Origin: Bugula neritina
Taxonomy: Eukaryota; Animalia; Bryozoa
DNA length: 64,000 nucleotides
Assembly: GCA_964035545.1 (NCBI GenBank)
Contig: OZ037768.1
Location: forward strand, 19,823,700 to 19,887,699
Direction: 5' to 3'
A model generated the notes under the pieces. That model saw only the letters and a list, made by a program, of their open reading frames with translations. It made no database searches and had not been told where the DNA came from. Positions 1 through 13,910 of the stretch are shown here, piece by piece. The position numbers and the translations under genes are program-made. The number at the start of each line of letters is the position of its first letter. Within the stretch, counting starts at the first letter, position 1.

Positions 1-670
1 TAAAATGTTTATTAGTGTACTTATTCGAAAAGATTATTTTGCAAAGCAAAAAAATATAATATTTTTGGACTTATCCCCCCTTTAGTTTGGAGTTGTGTGA
101 TTATCACTACAAAGTTTTCTTCAGTCAATGGGGCTAAGTTTCTACTAAATAATTTAGCAACAAGTTTTTTGAGTGGAATAAAGGGTAACAAATAATTGCA
201 TTATACTATAGGCAAATACAAATACATAACTTACTGAATATTTTATTATAATTGCTGCTAGAATATCATCAACCTCAAAGGGTTACCTTAAAGGCCACAT
301 ATCACTCTGATCAGCTTAAGCTTATAGTGATAAAAATGTTGCTAGAAGCAACCCCGAATTGAGGGTGACTGAGCGCAAAATTTGTATTATAAACATCGTT
401 GTCTAAACCCACAAAGCCAAAGTTGGGAGCCTAAACCAATACACTCAATGACCACCAAGTCGGTGCTGCTTCCACCACTTTTGTAGTAACGACTGTAATA
501 GTTGGGTAACTGCACACTCCATCACCGTGATCATCATGCATCTTGCGATTATCATTATGTAGACTTTTCAGCATTTTTACTTTGAAAACAACTTAATAAT
601 TATAATTGCTATATCAAATTTTCTTGCAGTTAGACAGTAGACATAGCTTTCAAAGCAGGTTAAATAGAAA

Positions 671-3600
671 ATGGCGCCCAAACCTAGATATGTAGAAGGT
701 AAGCTCAAGCTTGAAGTTGAAGCGGTTAGTGTTACACTGACTTAGTGATAGTCTTACAGTTAGTGTTACTGTTAGTGTTACTCATACTGTGTTAGTGTTA
801 CTGTTAGTGTTACACTTGGCCTTGCCGTTACTGTTAGTGTTGGTGTTTATTTCACATGTCTGTGTGAGAGTGAATTGTCATTTGTGATTGTCATTGTGAC
901 ATTCGCATTGAATTTCAATTTGATCACATTCATGATTCATCGTGGTTGTTCATAATAACTGACTTTGAGTTTGGCCATTCACTTTCAGTTTCACTGATTC
1001 ATGTTCCAGTTCTGAATCTGATGTTAGCTTTAATTTTGAGTTTTAGTTTAACTTTCAAATTTAAGTTGTGTTTATGACTTTATCGGCTCTTGCAGTTGCC
1101 TTTTACTTTTAGTTTTACTTTTAATCTTAGGAATTGAGATATTATAATTATTATTTTATCATACTTATACTTATAGTTATACCCTAGTTATGAATATGTG
1201 ACTGAGTGAGTTTTGATTAAATATAAATATTGCGCATTAAACTTGAAAGTTAAAAGACTTGTTAATTATTTAATTTTATGTTAGACTTACTCTTAGTCTT
1301 AGTGTTACTCTAATTTTATTTTTGAGTTTTTGACTTGTAGACCGCTTCTTTCATCTTCAATTTGTCATGACTAATCTGGTTGTCGCTCAATCTGGTGACG
1401 CGCTATATTTTGAAAATGACAATTGGGAAACACCTATTTGGGAAATGGACAAATTACCAATAGACAATTCGAAAATAGACAATTGGAAAATAATCATTTG
1501 GAAAATGACAATTGGAAAATAAAGAATATTCAACATGGTCTAGTCTGGAGGTGACGTTTGGCATCTGCCCAGGCTCAAATTTACTGTAAACATGGGCACT
1601 TCAATTGGAACTATTCGGTAACTAATTCTACTTCCATAATAACCTAACTGATTCGTCCTTTATATTTGTTTTCGAAAGCTATTTTGGACCTGACCAGATG
1701 TTGAACGCCTCCTCCGGCCTAAGCCATGTTGAATATTCTTCATTTTCCAAATGTCATTTTCCAAACATCTATTTTCCAATTATCTATTTTCTAATTGTCT
1801 ATTTTAGAGTTGTTTATTGGTGACTTGTCGGTTTTCCAAATAGGTGTTTTCAAATTGTCATTTTCAAAATGTCGTGTCACCGTAACTATTAGTTAGTTTG
1901 AAAGACAATTCAATTCAGATTGACTAGGACGCATTATTAGTTGAGTTAACCTAAGATGTTTTTCTCGGAGCTTTGACTTAATGTGATGTAACTTGGCAAC
2001 CTTCTTTATTTTGGAGTTGGCGGGTAGTTGCAACTGCAGCCGGAATATGAAAAAGGTGTAACTCTGGGTCTAGTTCTTTTGAAATCATTATATATCTGTA
2101 TCCAATAGATGATGCAATTAGAAATGAATATCGTTTATAGTGACTACACAACATGGGATTGGAATTTTGAAAGCATTTAAGTTATAGTTGACTTGGTGAA
2201 ATAACATGATTCTTTTGGTTATAACATTTAAATATTTGTGATTTAATAAATTTATCTCAATTCTAGCTGTCAGTGCTAACAACTAAATTGAGCAACTTGA
2301 ACTTCCTCTTGCCTGAATTTCAAGGCCTTGCAGCAGGCCAAATTAAGTTGTCGAGTCAACATGACTAAAATTTGACTATGCTCAATAGTTATTAGTTATT
2401 ATTATAGGCTGTAGGTGATTGACATAGTAAATATATTACTATTTTAACTTTATAATCATTGTTTAGTTAGTACTGTAAATGTTATCATTAGTAGGAATGT
2501 TCAGTAGCATATATATTGTGATACTCATTGCTTTATTAATAGAGTTATTGATTTGAGTTACTGATTTATTCATAGGAATTTTATTTTTGAATACTTGCAA
2601 CTCACTCAGCTCCATGCTGCATCTTCTAGTATACAATATTATGAATATTTCTTCACTAAAATGTTTATCTAAAAGCTGACATATATTATTATAAACCATA
2701 TCGGGTGAACCTTATGCTTAATGCTTCACATGTTTCAGGTGAGAAGGTGTTATGCTATCACGGCCCAGCATTGTATGATGCTAAGGTAAGGGTGCCAAAA
2801 TTAAGAAAGAATAATCATGCTATTGCAGAAAGTCACAAATGCATACCTGACTCTGTACATGCCGACTCACTGGTTCAGATTTAACAGTTATTATATATTC
2901 TTGTATTTCTGTGTTATTTTACCCTCAGTTTGCTCAGCCAGTAAAACTACTGAACTAGGACTTAGTGTAATACTACCATTTGAAAACTAAATGCTCTTGG
3001 TTTGAGTTATACACACTGGTTTCCATTACTTCACAATACAACTGTTTCCAAACGTTAATGAAAAATTCATTTGCATAATGCATAATGAAGCTTTGAAATG
3101 CAATGGTAGTTTATGCCATTGCTGTGAATTCTTCTCTTATTTTATAGATTACTCATGTTGATTTGAGTGAGAAGGAGCCCCAGTATCATGTTCATTATCA
3201 GGGATGGAACAAAAAGTTAGTAATTTTCATTAGTAATTCGAACGATTCTCTTTTGACTTGTTTTCTCGGAACCTTTTGTAAGGCTGTATTTTCTTCTGGT
3301 GCCTCTTGGATCAATGCTATGCAAGAGCAGCCTCAGTTTGCTGGTATAGGCAATATTTCTTTATTGTTGGTATCAAATTGCTTTGTGAAAAAAGTGAAAC
3401 AGGTGTACATAGGTAACTATAATGCTCCAGCTTTCTAGTGCAGCTACTAAGCTGAATTCAAATGCCAAAGCAGTTAGATGTGAGATATTGTAGTAGAATT
3501 GCTCCATTTAAGACAGGGGGCACGTCTGCCATTCAGTTTTAATTTCCTTATAATAGCTGGTATATTGTTATTTAAATAAGCTTTGCCTGTTTACAGCCTT

Positions 3601-6600
3601 TTTCGGTCCAGAATTTTCTAGATTCTACAATTAAGGTGGAAAACACAATTAAATCATAAGTTCACACATCTGTTTAGAATTGACAAGGCTACTAACTGCG
3701 TTTTATAAATTAAACTCAAGCAGTCTGCTCATAATAGACTGTATTTGAGACTTGTAAGTTTTGTGCCCTGTGAAAATATGTAAAACGTTGCACCACTCTT
3801 TATTTTGATATGGTTTCATAAACTGAAGTTTCTCTGATTATCGTTGCTAGAGAGTTTAACATGCTAAGTCTCTTGATTTCTAAAGTGTATTTGAACAGTA
3901 GTGTGAAAATAATAATCCTTTCCATAATGTTATTAGCTACACCTTCATCACACTTGACAAGCACTTTCACAATGCAAGCTGTCACAATGCTAGCTGTCAT
4001 AGTGTTAGTTGTAATAGTGTTACCTGCCAGCCACTGTCATAGTGCTAGCTGTCAGTGTTAGTTGTCATAGTTTTACCTGCCAGCCACTGTCATAATGCTA
4101 GCTGTCAGTGTTAGTTGTCATAGTTTTACCTGCCAGCCACTGTCATAGTGCTAGCTGTCAGTGTTAGTTGTCATAGTTTTACCTGCCAGCCACTGTCACA
4201 ATGCTAGCTGCCACAGTGTTAGTTGTAATAGTTTTACCTGCCAGCCACTGTCATATAGTGCTAGCTGTCATAGTGTTAACTGTCACAATGTTATCTGTCA
4301 TAATGTTAGGTTTACTCTTGCTAGAAGCTATGCCAACTCAAAATGCACAGTATTCTTATACATATTATAAATTATTCAACATCACTCTCTCCAGCCATCA
4401 TTCACAATGGACAACAATGCTATCTAAAGCTAGAGTGACAAGCATTTACAATTTAAATGAAAATAACTTAATAACTTGCACATCAGACCAGTCCTTCCAT
4501 AGTCCTTTGTATTCAATCCCAGTGATATTATATTCTGATATTTTAAGTTTTCAGGTGTATAGTAGATATAGCTTTTAAATTGATATTTCTAATGGGTTGC
4601 TGCAGCTGGGACGAGTGGATAACTGAAGAACGGATGGTGAAACATAATGAGTCTGGACTCCAGAAACAGAGAGAACTGAAACTAAAGTTGACAGGAAAGA
4701 GTAAGTTGTAAGAATGGTTCTATAAGCAGCTCCAAGTTGGGGGTGAATGAGTGCAGTAGTTCTTCCACTAAAGTCCCAACTCTAAACTTGAGAACCTCAA
4801 GCTACTGCACTTATTCACCCCAACTCCGAGCTGCTTACAGAATCATTCACGTTGTAGTTGTGTACTCAATGTCATGTAGTCTTCCAAAGCACACTGTGTT
4901 TGACTTTATAAACTTCTAGAGCTATCTGTATAGACTTCTATAGCTATCTGTATAGAGTTCTAAAGCTACCTGTATAAACTTCTAGAACTATCTGTGTAGA
5001 CATCTATAGATATCTGTATAGACTTCTAAAACTATCTGTATAAACTTCTAGAACTATCTGTATAGACATCTATAGATATCTGTATAGACTTCTAAAACTA
5101 TCTGTATAAACGTCTAGAACTATCTGTATAGACATCTATAGATATTTGTATAGACTTCTAAAACTATCTGTATAGACATCTATAGCTATCTGTATAGACT
5201 TCTAAAACTATCTGTATAGACATCTAGAGCTATCTGTATAGAGTTCTAGAGCCATGTAAAGCCACTTGTTTGTTTCTACCCCTTTAGTCCCTCTCCATGT
5301 TTTACATTACCAACTTCATAGTCAGCTGACTTTATAATGGTTTTAGTTACTTAGAGATCTGTTTAGATTATCCTAGCTATCACTAGACCCAGCAGTGATA
5401 GACTTCTTTCTGATGCTTTGAAAATTGGCAGTTTGATACAGTGCGGCCACCTTGAATTTAGTTATGCTGTTCACTGTCTATGACTAGTTTTCTCACTTTC
5501 CAAGCGTTTCAATGTATAAATGTGACCACCAGAAACAGGTGGGTACACCTCCTCTTCCCCCAACCCGAACTCTTGCAGCAGATGCTTTTGTCTATTCTTA
5601 TCCTCGTTTGTTTCAGAGCAACCTACAGGTACGCCAGGAAGGAAGAAAGGATCAAAAGGAGTGCCAAAAGTGGCTGCTTCTGCTTCTCCTGCTACACCAA
5701 AAGTATCCACGTCTGGGACCAAGGCAGCGGCACCAACAGCTGCGGCAGCACCTACTGTTAAAGAGGAATCTGTCTCTAGATCTTCAACCCCTTCTATAGA
5801 CCGTCCTAGCTCAAAACACAAGAGTGAGTTTCACCGATGACTTCGTTGTGATTGGTTTTATGTATTGACTATAACTTGAAGCTAAGTTTCACTCTGCCCA
5901 ACAAGATTGTTTCTATCTGCTACCAGACTCTATTTATCCACGCGTCAAGTGCTGAATGTACAGCAAGCAGCATTAACTCTGTTACCTCAAGTGTATTGCT
6001 GATGCAGCTTTTTATACAGATGAGGAAATTGTCCACCCACGATTTCTCATCTCTGCAATATTTGGCAATTCATTGTAAGCTAGTAAAGCTTGTCTAGTTA
6101 GACGTATAGGGTTTTTCCAATGTGTGCCAACACTCACTGTGTTTCCAAGCCATTTGATTTATGGAAACAGTTGCATCCATGAAACCACAACCACAAGTTC
6201 ATGCATACAGCATAATGCTAAGTAATGGAAACGTAGTGACTGTAGCATGAGCTAGCCTAAGTTCCTTGTTATTCTGTAGACACTGAGCAATCAGTTGAGG
6301 GTCCACGCAAGAAAAAGGTCAAAGTTGAACCTGCTCCACCTCCAGTTGAAACGGTACGAGTCTCAGTGTATGTTTCAGTGTGTTTAATATATATGTATAG
6401 TTTGCTATAGAAATTTGCGTTAGTGTACTGTGTTATGTGGCTGGAGACTTAAGGAATCGAGTTTTTATTAATGGTAAACATGAAATTTTTTTCCCAAAAG
6501 TAACTATTTGGTTATGTCTTTCCGGTAATAAATTAAAAAAGCAGGTAATCAACCTTAAAGATAGCACCACAACTGCTTCTCTGGGCCTCCCACCATCATC

Positions 6601-9600
6601 ATAGTTTTCTTGATGGTAAAATCTCGAAATGTTCTATAAGCAGCTCTGAGTTAGGGGTGACTGAGTGCAGTAGTTTGCGGTTATCAAGCTTTGTAATGGG
6701 GGTTTCAATAAACCCCAACTCTAAACTTGAGAACCCCAAACTACTGCACTCAGTCACCCCTAACTCAGAGCTGCTTACAGAATAATTTGTAAATCTCAAC
6801 CGAAGTTCTACTGTTGTTTATCCTAAGCTCTAACTAATGCAATGCTAATGTTTAGGAGGACCCCATCGTACCCAAGATAGAAGTAAACATCAAGTTACCA
6901 GATAACCTCAAGCCTTTGCTGATAGATGATTGGGATTTTGTGAATAAACAAAAAATGTTATTTCAACTGCCAGCTGAGAAGAATATTGACGATATACTCA
7001 ATGATTATTATGAAGCTAAGGTGTCTAAGGATAGAGATAGCAGGTAGAGTAGGCTGAGGGTAAAGATAGCAGGTAGAGTAGGCTGAGGATAGATATAGCA
7101 GGTAGAATAGGCTGAGGATAGAGATAGCAAGTAGTATAGGCTGAGGGTAGAGTAGAATAGGCTGAGGGTAGAGTAGAATAGGCTGAGGGTAGAGATAGCA
7201 GGTAGAGTAGGCTGAAGGTAGAGATAGCAGGTAGAATAGGCTGAGGATACAGTAGAATAGGCTGAGGGTAGAGATAGCAGGTAGGTGTTGAACAACACTG
7301 AGACTAACCTGAGCTCAAAGACTGAAAAACTTGAAAATCAATCTTCTTGTTGAAAGTTGAATTGACCTGTTTCCTGCTAGACACGGCTGTACAGGTCAAG
7401 GAGCAGATAATTGCTTGTTGTATACTTATGCACAGCAAGTAGTATTGGCCAATAAATCTTATCTTCATTTCCCTTGAATTGTTTGTCTCTAAGTATCCTT
7501 CTTAGTGCTTTAAATATTATCCTAATATTTTGTCTGTTACCTAATTTTATTTCTGTTACTGATATAATATATAGTTTTAGTTTCCTTACTACAATTTTAT
7601 TATAAAAGTATATATATATATGTAACTTTTATTTGTTAAAAGTTCTTTTGTCAGCCGAGCTCTACTTGATGCTACAAAGGCCTAACTGTAATGTATTACA
7701 TCCTTATATAACTGTGTTGGTTGTAGAGACACTGTACTGGAGATCACTAAGGGACTGAGAGACTATTTCAATTCCATGTTGGGCACACAACTCCTCTATA
7801 AATTTGAGAGGACTCAGTATGGGGAGGTGAGAAAGGAAGTTGGCATACCCTCTCACTCATAAGATATTTGCTGCTTGGTGTATGATGCTATGCTAGGAGA
7901 GTAATAATATACTGGCATACAGCATATGTGTAGGATATCTTCAGTTTTCAACTGTAGGATATCACCAGTTAAATTGACCTAAACTGCCACCCGATCACGA
8001 TATCGCGGTGAAAGGTGAGAAAGAAAGTTAAATTGACCTAAAAACTAATATTATTTTAACCAAAGTTTTTTTTCTGATTGTAGTTGCTGAAGGAACATAA
8101 AGGCAAGCCGCTTACCGATATCTATGGATCTGTGCATTTGCTGAGGCTATTTGGTAAGTCAATTCTTTTATTTTCACTTGAGATGTTTAAACGTCAGCAT
8201 TAGCTGATAAGCAGCACAGTACTATGTCAGCATACAGGGCAGCCTATAGCTCTGTGTCAGAAGTGAACCAATGGCTGAATTTTTCAAGTTTTCAAATTTT
8301 CTCATCAGTCTTATCGTGCCCAGTTTAAATGAATAAACAACAACAGTCCACTAATTCTGCCTAACTTCTTAAAGTTGCTTCAGTTGCTTGAGTCAAGTAT
8401 TACTAGATTCTGTCAAACTCTGAGGAATCTTAACAGTTTTGGTAGCCAGTATTTAGATTCAGGTAATTAAACTCAACTCAAATCCAGAGTAAGGGCTGTA
8501 CCGCTGGCACCCGCTGTTTCTCAGTGAATTATTTAGTCAATGGTTCTATTTAGCTGATTTGTTAATGAAACTAATTAGAAACTGAAATCTATGGAGTTGC
8601 ATTTCTTTTTATTTCTTCACATAACATATTCATTAGCAAACATGTATCATACTATTTCATTAGAACTAAGTTGAAGCATTTTCAGTGTAACTCATTCTAA
8701 TCATGTAATATACAAGTGTAGCAACTTACAAGCAGAATGAGTTAAAGTTGCCCAACAATCAATAATTTCTAGCATCATCAGTAAACTGATGTTTTGCCTT
8801 CTGCAGCTAAAAAGTTTAACTAGATTTTTATGTAGGTGGTATACAATTAAAAATGACAATTTTCAAGTTCAGTTAAAGTTGTCTCCCTTATTTGGGGCGA
8901 CTTTCATGTACTAAAAGTTGTGTACTCACTAGTACATGTATTTTGGAGTCATCTTCTATTTGCTGATTTCAATTCATTTCTTCTCAAATACTAATTTTCC
9001 TGTTTTTGTTTTTTTACTTCCCTGTTGATAAAAACTACTTGGTATTATGTGATACTGAATCTTAGGTTCACATAAGAAAATATGTCTGCCAACAATATCT
9101 CCGACTCACTGTGACATAGAATGTCACGCTGTGTCACATAGAATGTCACGCTGTGTCACTTTGTCTTCTAGTATGCAATACACTTAATAACAAAATTAAT
9201 GTTTTGATAGTATAAAATATCATGCAAGTTTATAGTAGCTATTCCTGTGAGATCTTTTGTTGGGAAAGGTTTTTTTTAAAGCGGCAAAGGACTTATTTAT
9301 ATGTGGCACAGGAGAAATTATGACTGGATGCTAATCTTAACATCACAGCTGATGTTTGAATTCTACCCACTGACCTTGTGTTTATTGGTCCCTTTTTTGT
9401 TTTTAATACTATACATGTTGTTTCATTTTTTGTACGCCATAGTCTGCATTATGTGTTCTACTGAAGCTGCACCTAAAGGGGGGGGGTGATGGCCGTACCT
9501 CAATACTGTGACCTCCTAGAATCTAGTCTCACCAATCAGACTTCTAGTTAAGTTACTCTGTCAGTGTGGGAGTTGTTCTCTCAACAAGGGGCTCCAAACG

Positions 9601-11360
9601 TCCCCATGGTGACTCATACATCCTTGCTATATAATGTGCCATATGCTGCTGCAACTGTTATCTGCTTTACAGTAAAGGTAGGCAGCATGCTGGCCCATAC
9701 TGCAATAGATGACAGGTCAATGAGTGTACTGGTGACTCATCTCCAGGACTTCCTGAGGTAGGCTCACCCCACCTCTGTCTACTTGATTTTGATTTAACGC
9801 CACTGATAAGTTGACTTCTGCATAGATTGATGCAAACTGCAGTTATTTAGGACTTATACTGCATAGGCATATACATTGATTGATGCAAACTACAGGCATA
9901 TATTTTTAGTTTGCTTACCATCTGTGCGTTATTTCCTATGTTGTTGGAAATACCAGGAGTTGTGTTTCCTTTTTCTTGTCACAGTTCAGGTAGTGATGTA
10001 CTTGCCCCAGCTACCCTTATCATACCTTCTTAACACACACCCATACCAGTATCATGCCCTACACACCCTACGTAGTCTATTGCTGTCTAGTCTATACATG
10101 CATTGATATGTAGACATTTCTTAAAGTAGAATGAGATATAGATTTAATTTGAATTTCAGTTTTCATTTTCTGGTTTAGTTCTCCGAATTGGAGCTATATC
10201 TAGTTTGTTGTGTTGAGTACACAACTTCATATGCTTTAAATATTCACTAGAACTAATGCTAAACAAGCAGTCTTCACATCTACCATAACTTCCACTTCGC
10301 CCACACTTCATGCGTCACCTTATTTACAAGTATGCTTTGTATATATAGGTTACATTTCAATTTGTGTTTCTAACTTTTTCATTTTATTTTCAATTACTTT
10401 TCAAAGAGTTTTGTTTAAAATAATTTAAAACTTGTTATCAACAGATGTGATAAATTATTGTTTGACACTATGCTCATCAGGCAGGAAAAGCAGGTAGCTA
10501 TAGGGATTTAGAATATGGCACTATTATACCTAATTGGTGTCACGCAGCATGCCTGGGTGACAAGCATGTGGTTGAGTATTGCTATGACATGCCAACATAG
10601 GCTGTGTTCAAATCTCTTCTTAACCACTCATTCACACTTGCTGTACCATACCGTAGCTCGTAACTGCAAATATCAGCCATTTTTACAAATGTCTGAGCTT
10701 CTTGTACGGTGTTGCAGTACGTTAGGATCAAGCACTGCTTGATTCAAAATTGTTGCAGCAGACTTCTATTGGACAGAAAATGTGTCATAGATCTTACCTA
10801 ATAGCGGAATTTCAAAACTTCAGCCCGGACACATTAAAAATGGCTGATATTTTACGTTACGGCCTACTGTACGTTAAGTGTGAACGAGGGGTAAGAACTC
10901 TCCAGAGAAATATATGGTGCTGAATAAATGCGGTCATAATGTCTACTCCAGGATTAGATTTAGTTAGTTTGATTCAAGGTGAAGTTGATAGTCAAAACAA
11001 ATACTAATACAATGTTTAAATAAGTTCACAATTATTTAAAGTGTCCAATTCAGCTTTACCTCATATCTATTCTATTATCAATAAGTGTTTTATGATGATT
11101 TCTTTTTGTTAAAGTACCCTTCTTTTAAATACTATTATTAAAAATTATCTTTTTATTATGTTATTAAGATAATTTATTCCTCTTAAACTAATGCATTTTA
11201 TAGTGTAATTCAGTTTTTCAGGCAGCTCGTGTTTATTTCATGCTATTCACTGGTCTGGTTTTGCTGCTTTAGGTGGACTTCAAAGAATGCGTCACACCTG
11301 TTCAGTCCCACCTACTACTACAGTGCCCCTGCCGACTACCACAGGAAAGCCTTTCTTTGA
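671..11360 (+). CDS. MORF4L1: Mortality factor 4-like protein 1 (MRG15/Eaf3), chromo-barrel plus MRG domain; 11 coding exons
   Basis: Phase-compatible GT-AG exons: 671-698, 2739-2785, 3148-3215, 4606-4700, 5617-5823, 6280-6353, 6856-7043, 7727-7826, 8084-8153, 9673-9757, 11273-11360. They encode GEKVLCYHGPALYDAK, YHVHYQGWNKNWDEW (chromo-barrel), the NLS PRKKKVK, LKPLLIDDWDFVNKQKMLFQLPA, YFNSMLGTQLLYKFERTQY, IYGSVHLLRLF and APADYHRKAFL*, which are hallmark MRG-family motifs. Confidence 0.95.
1394..1881. mobile_element. Foldback-type MITE with about 185-bp imperfect terminal inverted repeats
   Basis: GGTGAC...TTTTGAAAATGACAATT...AAGAATATTCAACATGG at the left end is mirrored by CCATGTTGAATATTCTT...AATTGTCATTTTCAAAA...GTCACC at the right end, with internal GACAATTGGAAAAT sub-repeats. 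Confidence 0.8.
3985..4300. repeat. Intronic minisatellite, about 53-bp unit
   Basis: Repeated GTCATAGTGCTAGCTGTCAGTGTTAGTTGTCATAGTTTTACCTGCCAGCCACT, about 5 copies. Confidence 0.9.
4718..4842. mobile_element. Short hairpin MITE, family A
   Basis: TTCTATAAGCAGCTCCAAGTTGGGGGTGAATGAGTGCAGTAG ... CTACTGCACTTATTCACCCCAACTCCGAGCTGCTTACAGAA. Same family at 6632-6782, with partial copies near 340-440 and 54090-54205. Confidence 0.8.
4913..5250. repeat. Intronic minisatellite, about 22-bp unit
   Basis: Repeated CTATCTGTATAGACTTCTA(G/A)A variants. Confidence 0.9.
6632..6782. mobile_element. Short hairpin MITE, family A
   Basis: About 45-bp near-perfect TIRs TTCTATAAGCAGCTCTGAGTTAGGGGTGACTGAGTGCAGTAGTTT / AAACTACTGCACTCAGTCACCCCTAACTCAGAGCTGCTTACAGAA. 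Confidence 0.85.
7030..7286 (+). repeat. 29-bp tandem repeat spanning the MRG15 exon 7 donor
   Basis: Unit GATAGCAG|GTAGAGTAGGCTGAGGGTAGA. Confidence 0.9.
9221..9390 (-). mobile_element. Degenerate, 5'-truncated SINE copy
   Basis: AAGGACTTATTT...GGCACAGGAGAAATTATGACTGGATGCT matches the minus-strand family consensus. Confidence 0.7.
10624..10891. mobile_element. PIF/Harbinger-type (Tourist-like) MITE
   Basis: TIRs CCACTCATTCACACTT / AAGTGTGAACGAGGGG, inner inverted AAATATCAGCCATTTTT / AAAAATGGCTGATATTT, flanked by TAA on both sides. Confidence 0.7.
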
Positions 11361-13664
11361 TTACATTTCTTCTACTCTTCATTCATTAAACTATTTCATT
11401 TGTGTAGTCAGTTGGCAATTGTTTCTGTTGAAATTCTATTATTTTGTTGCGTTATCATTCCCATAAACCGTTGAAGAAAATTCGATGAACCTTTTTATAA
11501 CTGAAAATTGAAAAGAATTGTAATTTTATGTAGTGAAAACCATATAGTATTAGTAAATGATCGTGATTAATAAACACAGAAGAAGTCAAGCAGCACAACT
11601 TTAAAGTCTAGCTGCTTGGATAACTTTCATGATTAGTAGTAATCTTATCTATCTGAATTATATTATGACTATTATGATTCACTTTTCTATAGTTTTGCAG
11701 TTTTAATTGACAAGATTGTACAGTTGTATATGTTGTAATATAATGTTGTAGTTTCTAAGTAATATACTCATATTTCCCCCTGTTTTATTTGTGTCCTATT
11801 TTTTCTTACCATCGAGTCCAAATTACATTGACTTGATCAATTAACTTCGTAGAAAAGTTGGTTTAAGGCAGATTTTGGAAGTTTTGCCAATTACTACATG
11901 ACAATTTATTACTAGAAACATTTTGCTAAAGTAAAGGCAGCAAAATTTAGTAATTGAGCAATTTTTTAGTATGCAAGCACTCCTAGACTGGCCAGTATTA
12001 CCAAAAGAAAGGAGGGGGGGGGAGCTTTGCCTTGTTAAGTAATTAAACTAAACTTAAAAAGCAAGAGCTATTATTTAAGGTCTTCTAAAAGCTGTTTACT
12101 CAGTTGAGTATTCTTTCAACAGGTGGAACTGTGTATAAAAACCTGCCATGTTTTACTTTCACTTCCACAATATATACAAGGTAAATAGCTCCGTTCTAAT
12201 AACTAACTGGAAACGTATGAGGTTTCTAATTGTTTATTTTATACATGTGATAGTTAGCTTGTTCAACTATGTAGATGACTTGAAGGGCTTTTCAGTCAGA
12301 CTTTCACAACAGAATATGTGAGTATTTATTTATGGGCAGCTAGGCATGTTTATTTAGACTACAATATTGCCCAAGTGTTTTGGAATCTGTGGAGGGGGGG
12401 GGGGGGTTACAGTAGTCCTAGTTTATAATTAGCATGTGTTCCAATTAATACTTGTGCTAGTGTAGTTGCCTATATCATATTATGGGTAGACGGTGCAAGA
12501 TAAAAACTGGCTATTTATCATGTGTAATTTTAAAAAATTGTTACTATCTCTATTAAATTATACTTAAATTATACGCATGCTTTTCTACTTAAGCTTATAA
12601 TTGCTACAGCTCTGTTGCACCTAATAGTACTTTTTACACCCTCAGAAAGCCTCTACCCATCCTAACCTGCATAATGTTTTGTGCACTCTAAAAATAAATT
12701 CTGCTATATAGGAAAGAAATATGTGTAGCAAAGCATCATACAACCTTGCACAAATGTTTTAAATTTTTATCTTTACCTTCCTACAACATGGAATTTATTT
12801 TTCCATGTAAATATTCAGTAAATGCAAGCCTTCTAATGATATAAATATGCAGGTGACCTTTAAAAATATGACCTGGTCATGTTACATGTAAATGAAACAT
12901 CATGAATTCATATATTATATAATATTATTGTGGCAGAATTGAGAATTTAAATAAACAAGCAATAACAGTAAATTTCTCTATCTCATGTGGTACTGGTAGT
13001 ATGCAAGGCATTGTATATAGTAGAGGCCAGCATATAATGAGTCATTGTTAGTGGCATGATATGATCCGATTATAATTTTGGCACATCCAAGACCTTACTT
13101 AGATGTGGGTCAAACTCAAATGCTAGTGCGACCTTTGTTAGGAGGGTAGGGTAGCACCAACCTCCATCATGTGGTGTAGGTTAGAAGAGCTCTTAGGCTA
13201 AACAATGGCATGCAGCGTGGTTTCTTGTTTCTGTTGAAGCCAATAGTGCAAAGCTGCTGCTAATGTTAATAGTTTATATTACTCCCTCTTCAAACAAAGG
13301 TGAGTTTTAGAACTTTATTTATTTGGTAAATATATCTGAGATATCAAATAAATTTCTATTCGGGTAAATTTGACATCTAGATTTGCAAACTGCTACTCTT
13401 CTGTTTCACCTAGAAAGTAGGAAGTTCCTAAAGCATAAAATGTGGGGTCTGAACTTTAACCTTGGGAATACAGCTTGACTTCCAATTGGTGTCTTCTTGC
13501 GTTATAACTTTGCTGCTATGTTTGTAGGACATGATTCATAAGTTTACAATTGAATCTGCAATTTTGAATACTTGAAAGCAATACGTGAAATGCAGGGTTG
13601 GTATAATCCACACTACTGACTATTGCTATGCTCTTAACCTCTCTATGGTTTTAAAGTCTCCATA

Positions 13665-13910
13665 CCTGTTAAGGTAAGTGTAAGGTAGCGTAAGTAGGTA
13701 TAGGTAAGGTGGGTGTAGTCTCTAGGTAAGTATGTAGGTAAGGGTAAGGTAGTGCAATGTTTTTTAGTGGACTGTAAATGCTGTGGCACAGGAGCAATTA
13801 GAACTAAATTAAGGCTCTTCCTGAAATTGCCAATCACCCAGTCAAGATTTGAACTTATCACTTTAGTGGATGCTAAGTCAAAATTCTAACCCCTAAAACA
13901 CTGCTACCCA
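13665..13910 (-). mobile_element. Diverged SINE sharing the core domain, with a (CTTAC)n-like tail
   Basis: Minus strand reads GGGTAGCAGTGTTTTAGGGGTTAG...CAGGAAGAGCC...TAATTGCTCCTGTGCC, followed by a different 3' region ending in CCTTAC/CTTAC repeats. Confidence 0.5.

Noticed and set aside
3800-4578. Overlapping short ORFs (also 7008-7298, 19176-19373, 20137-20325, 61516-61740)
   Set aside because: Translations of minisatellites within introns.
5471-5821. Antisense or alternative-frame ORFs over real exons (also 24209-24508, 40101-40370, 31597-31926)
   Set aside because: Shadows of low-complexity coding exons on the other strand or frame.
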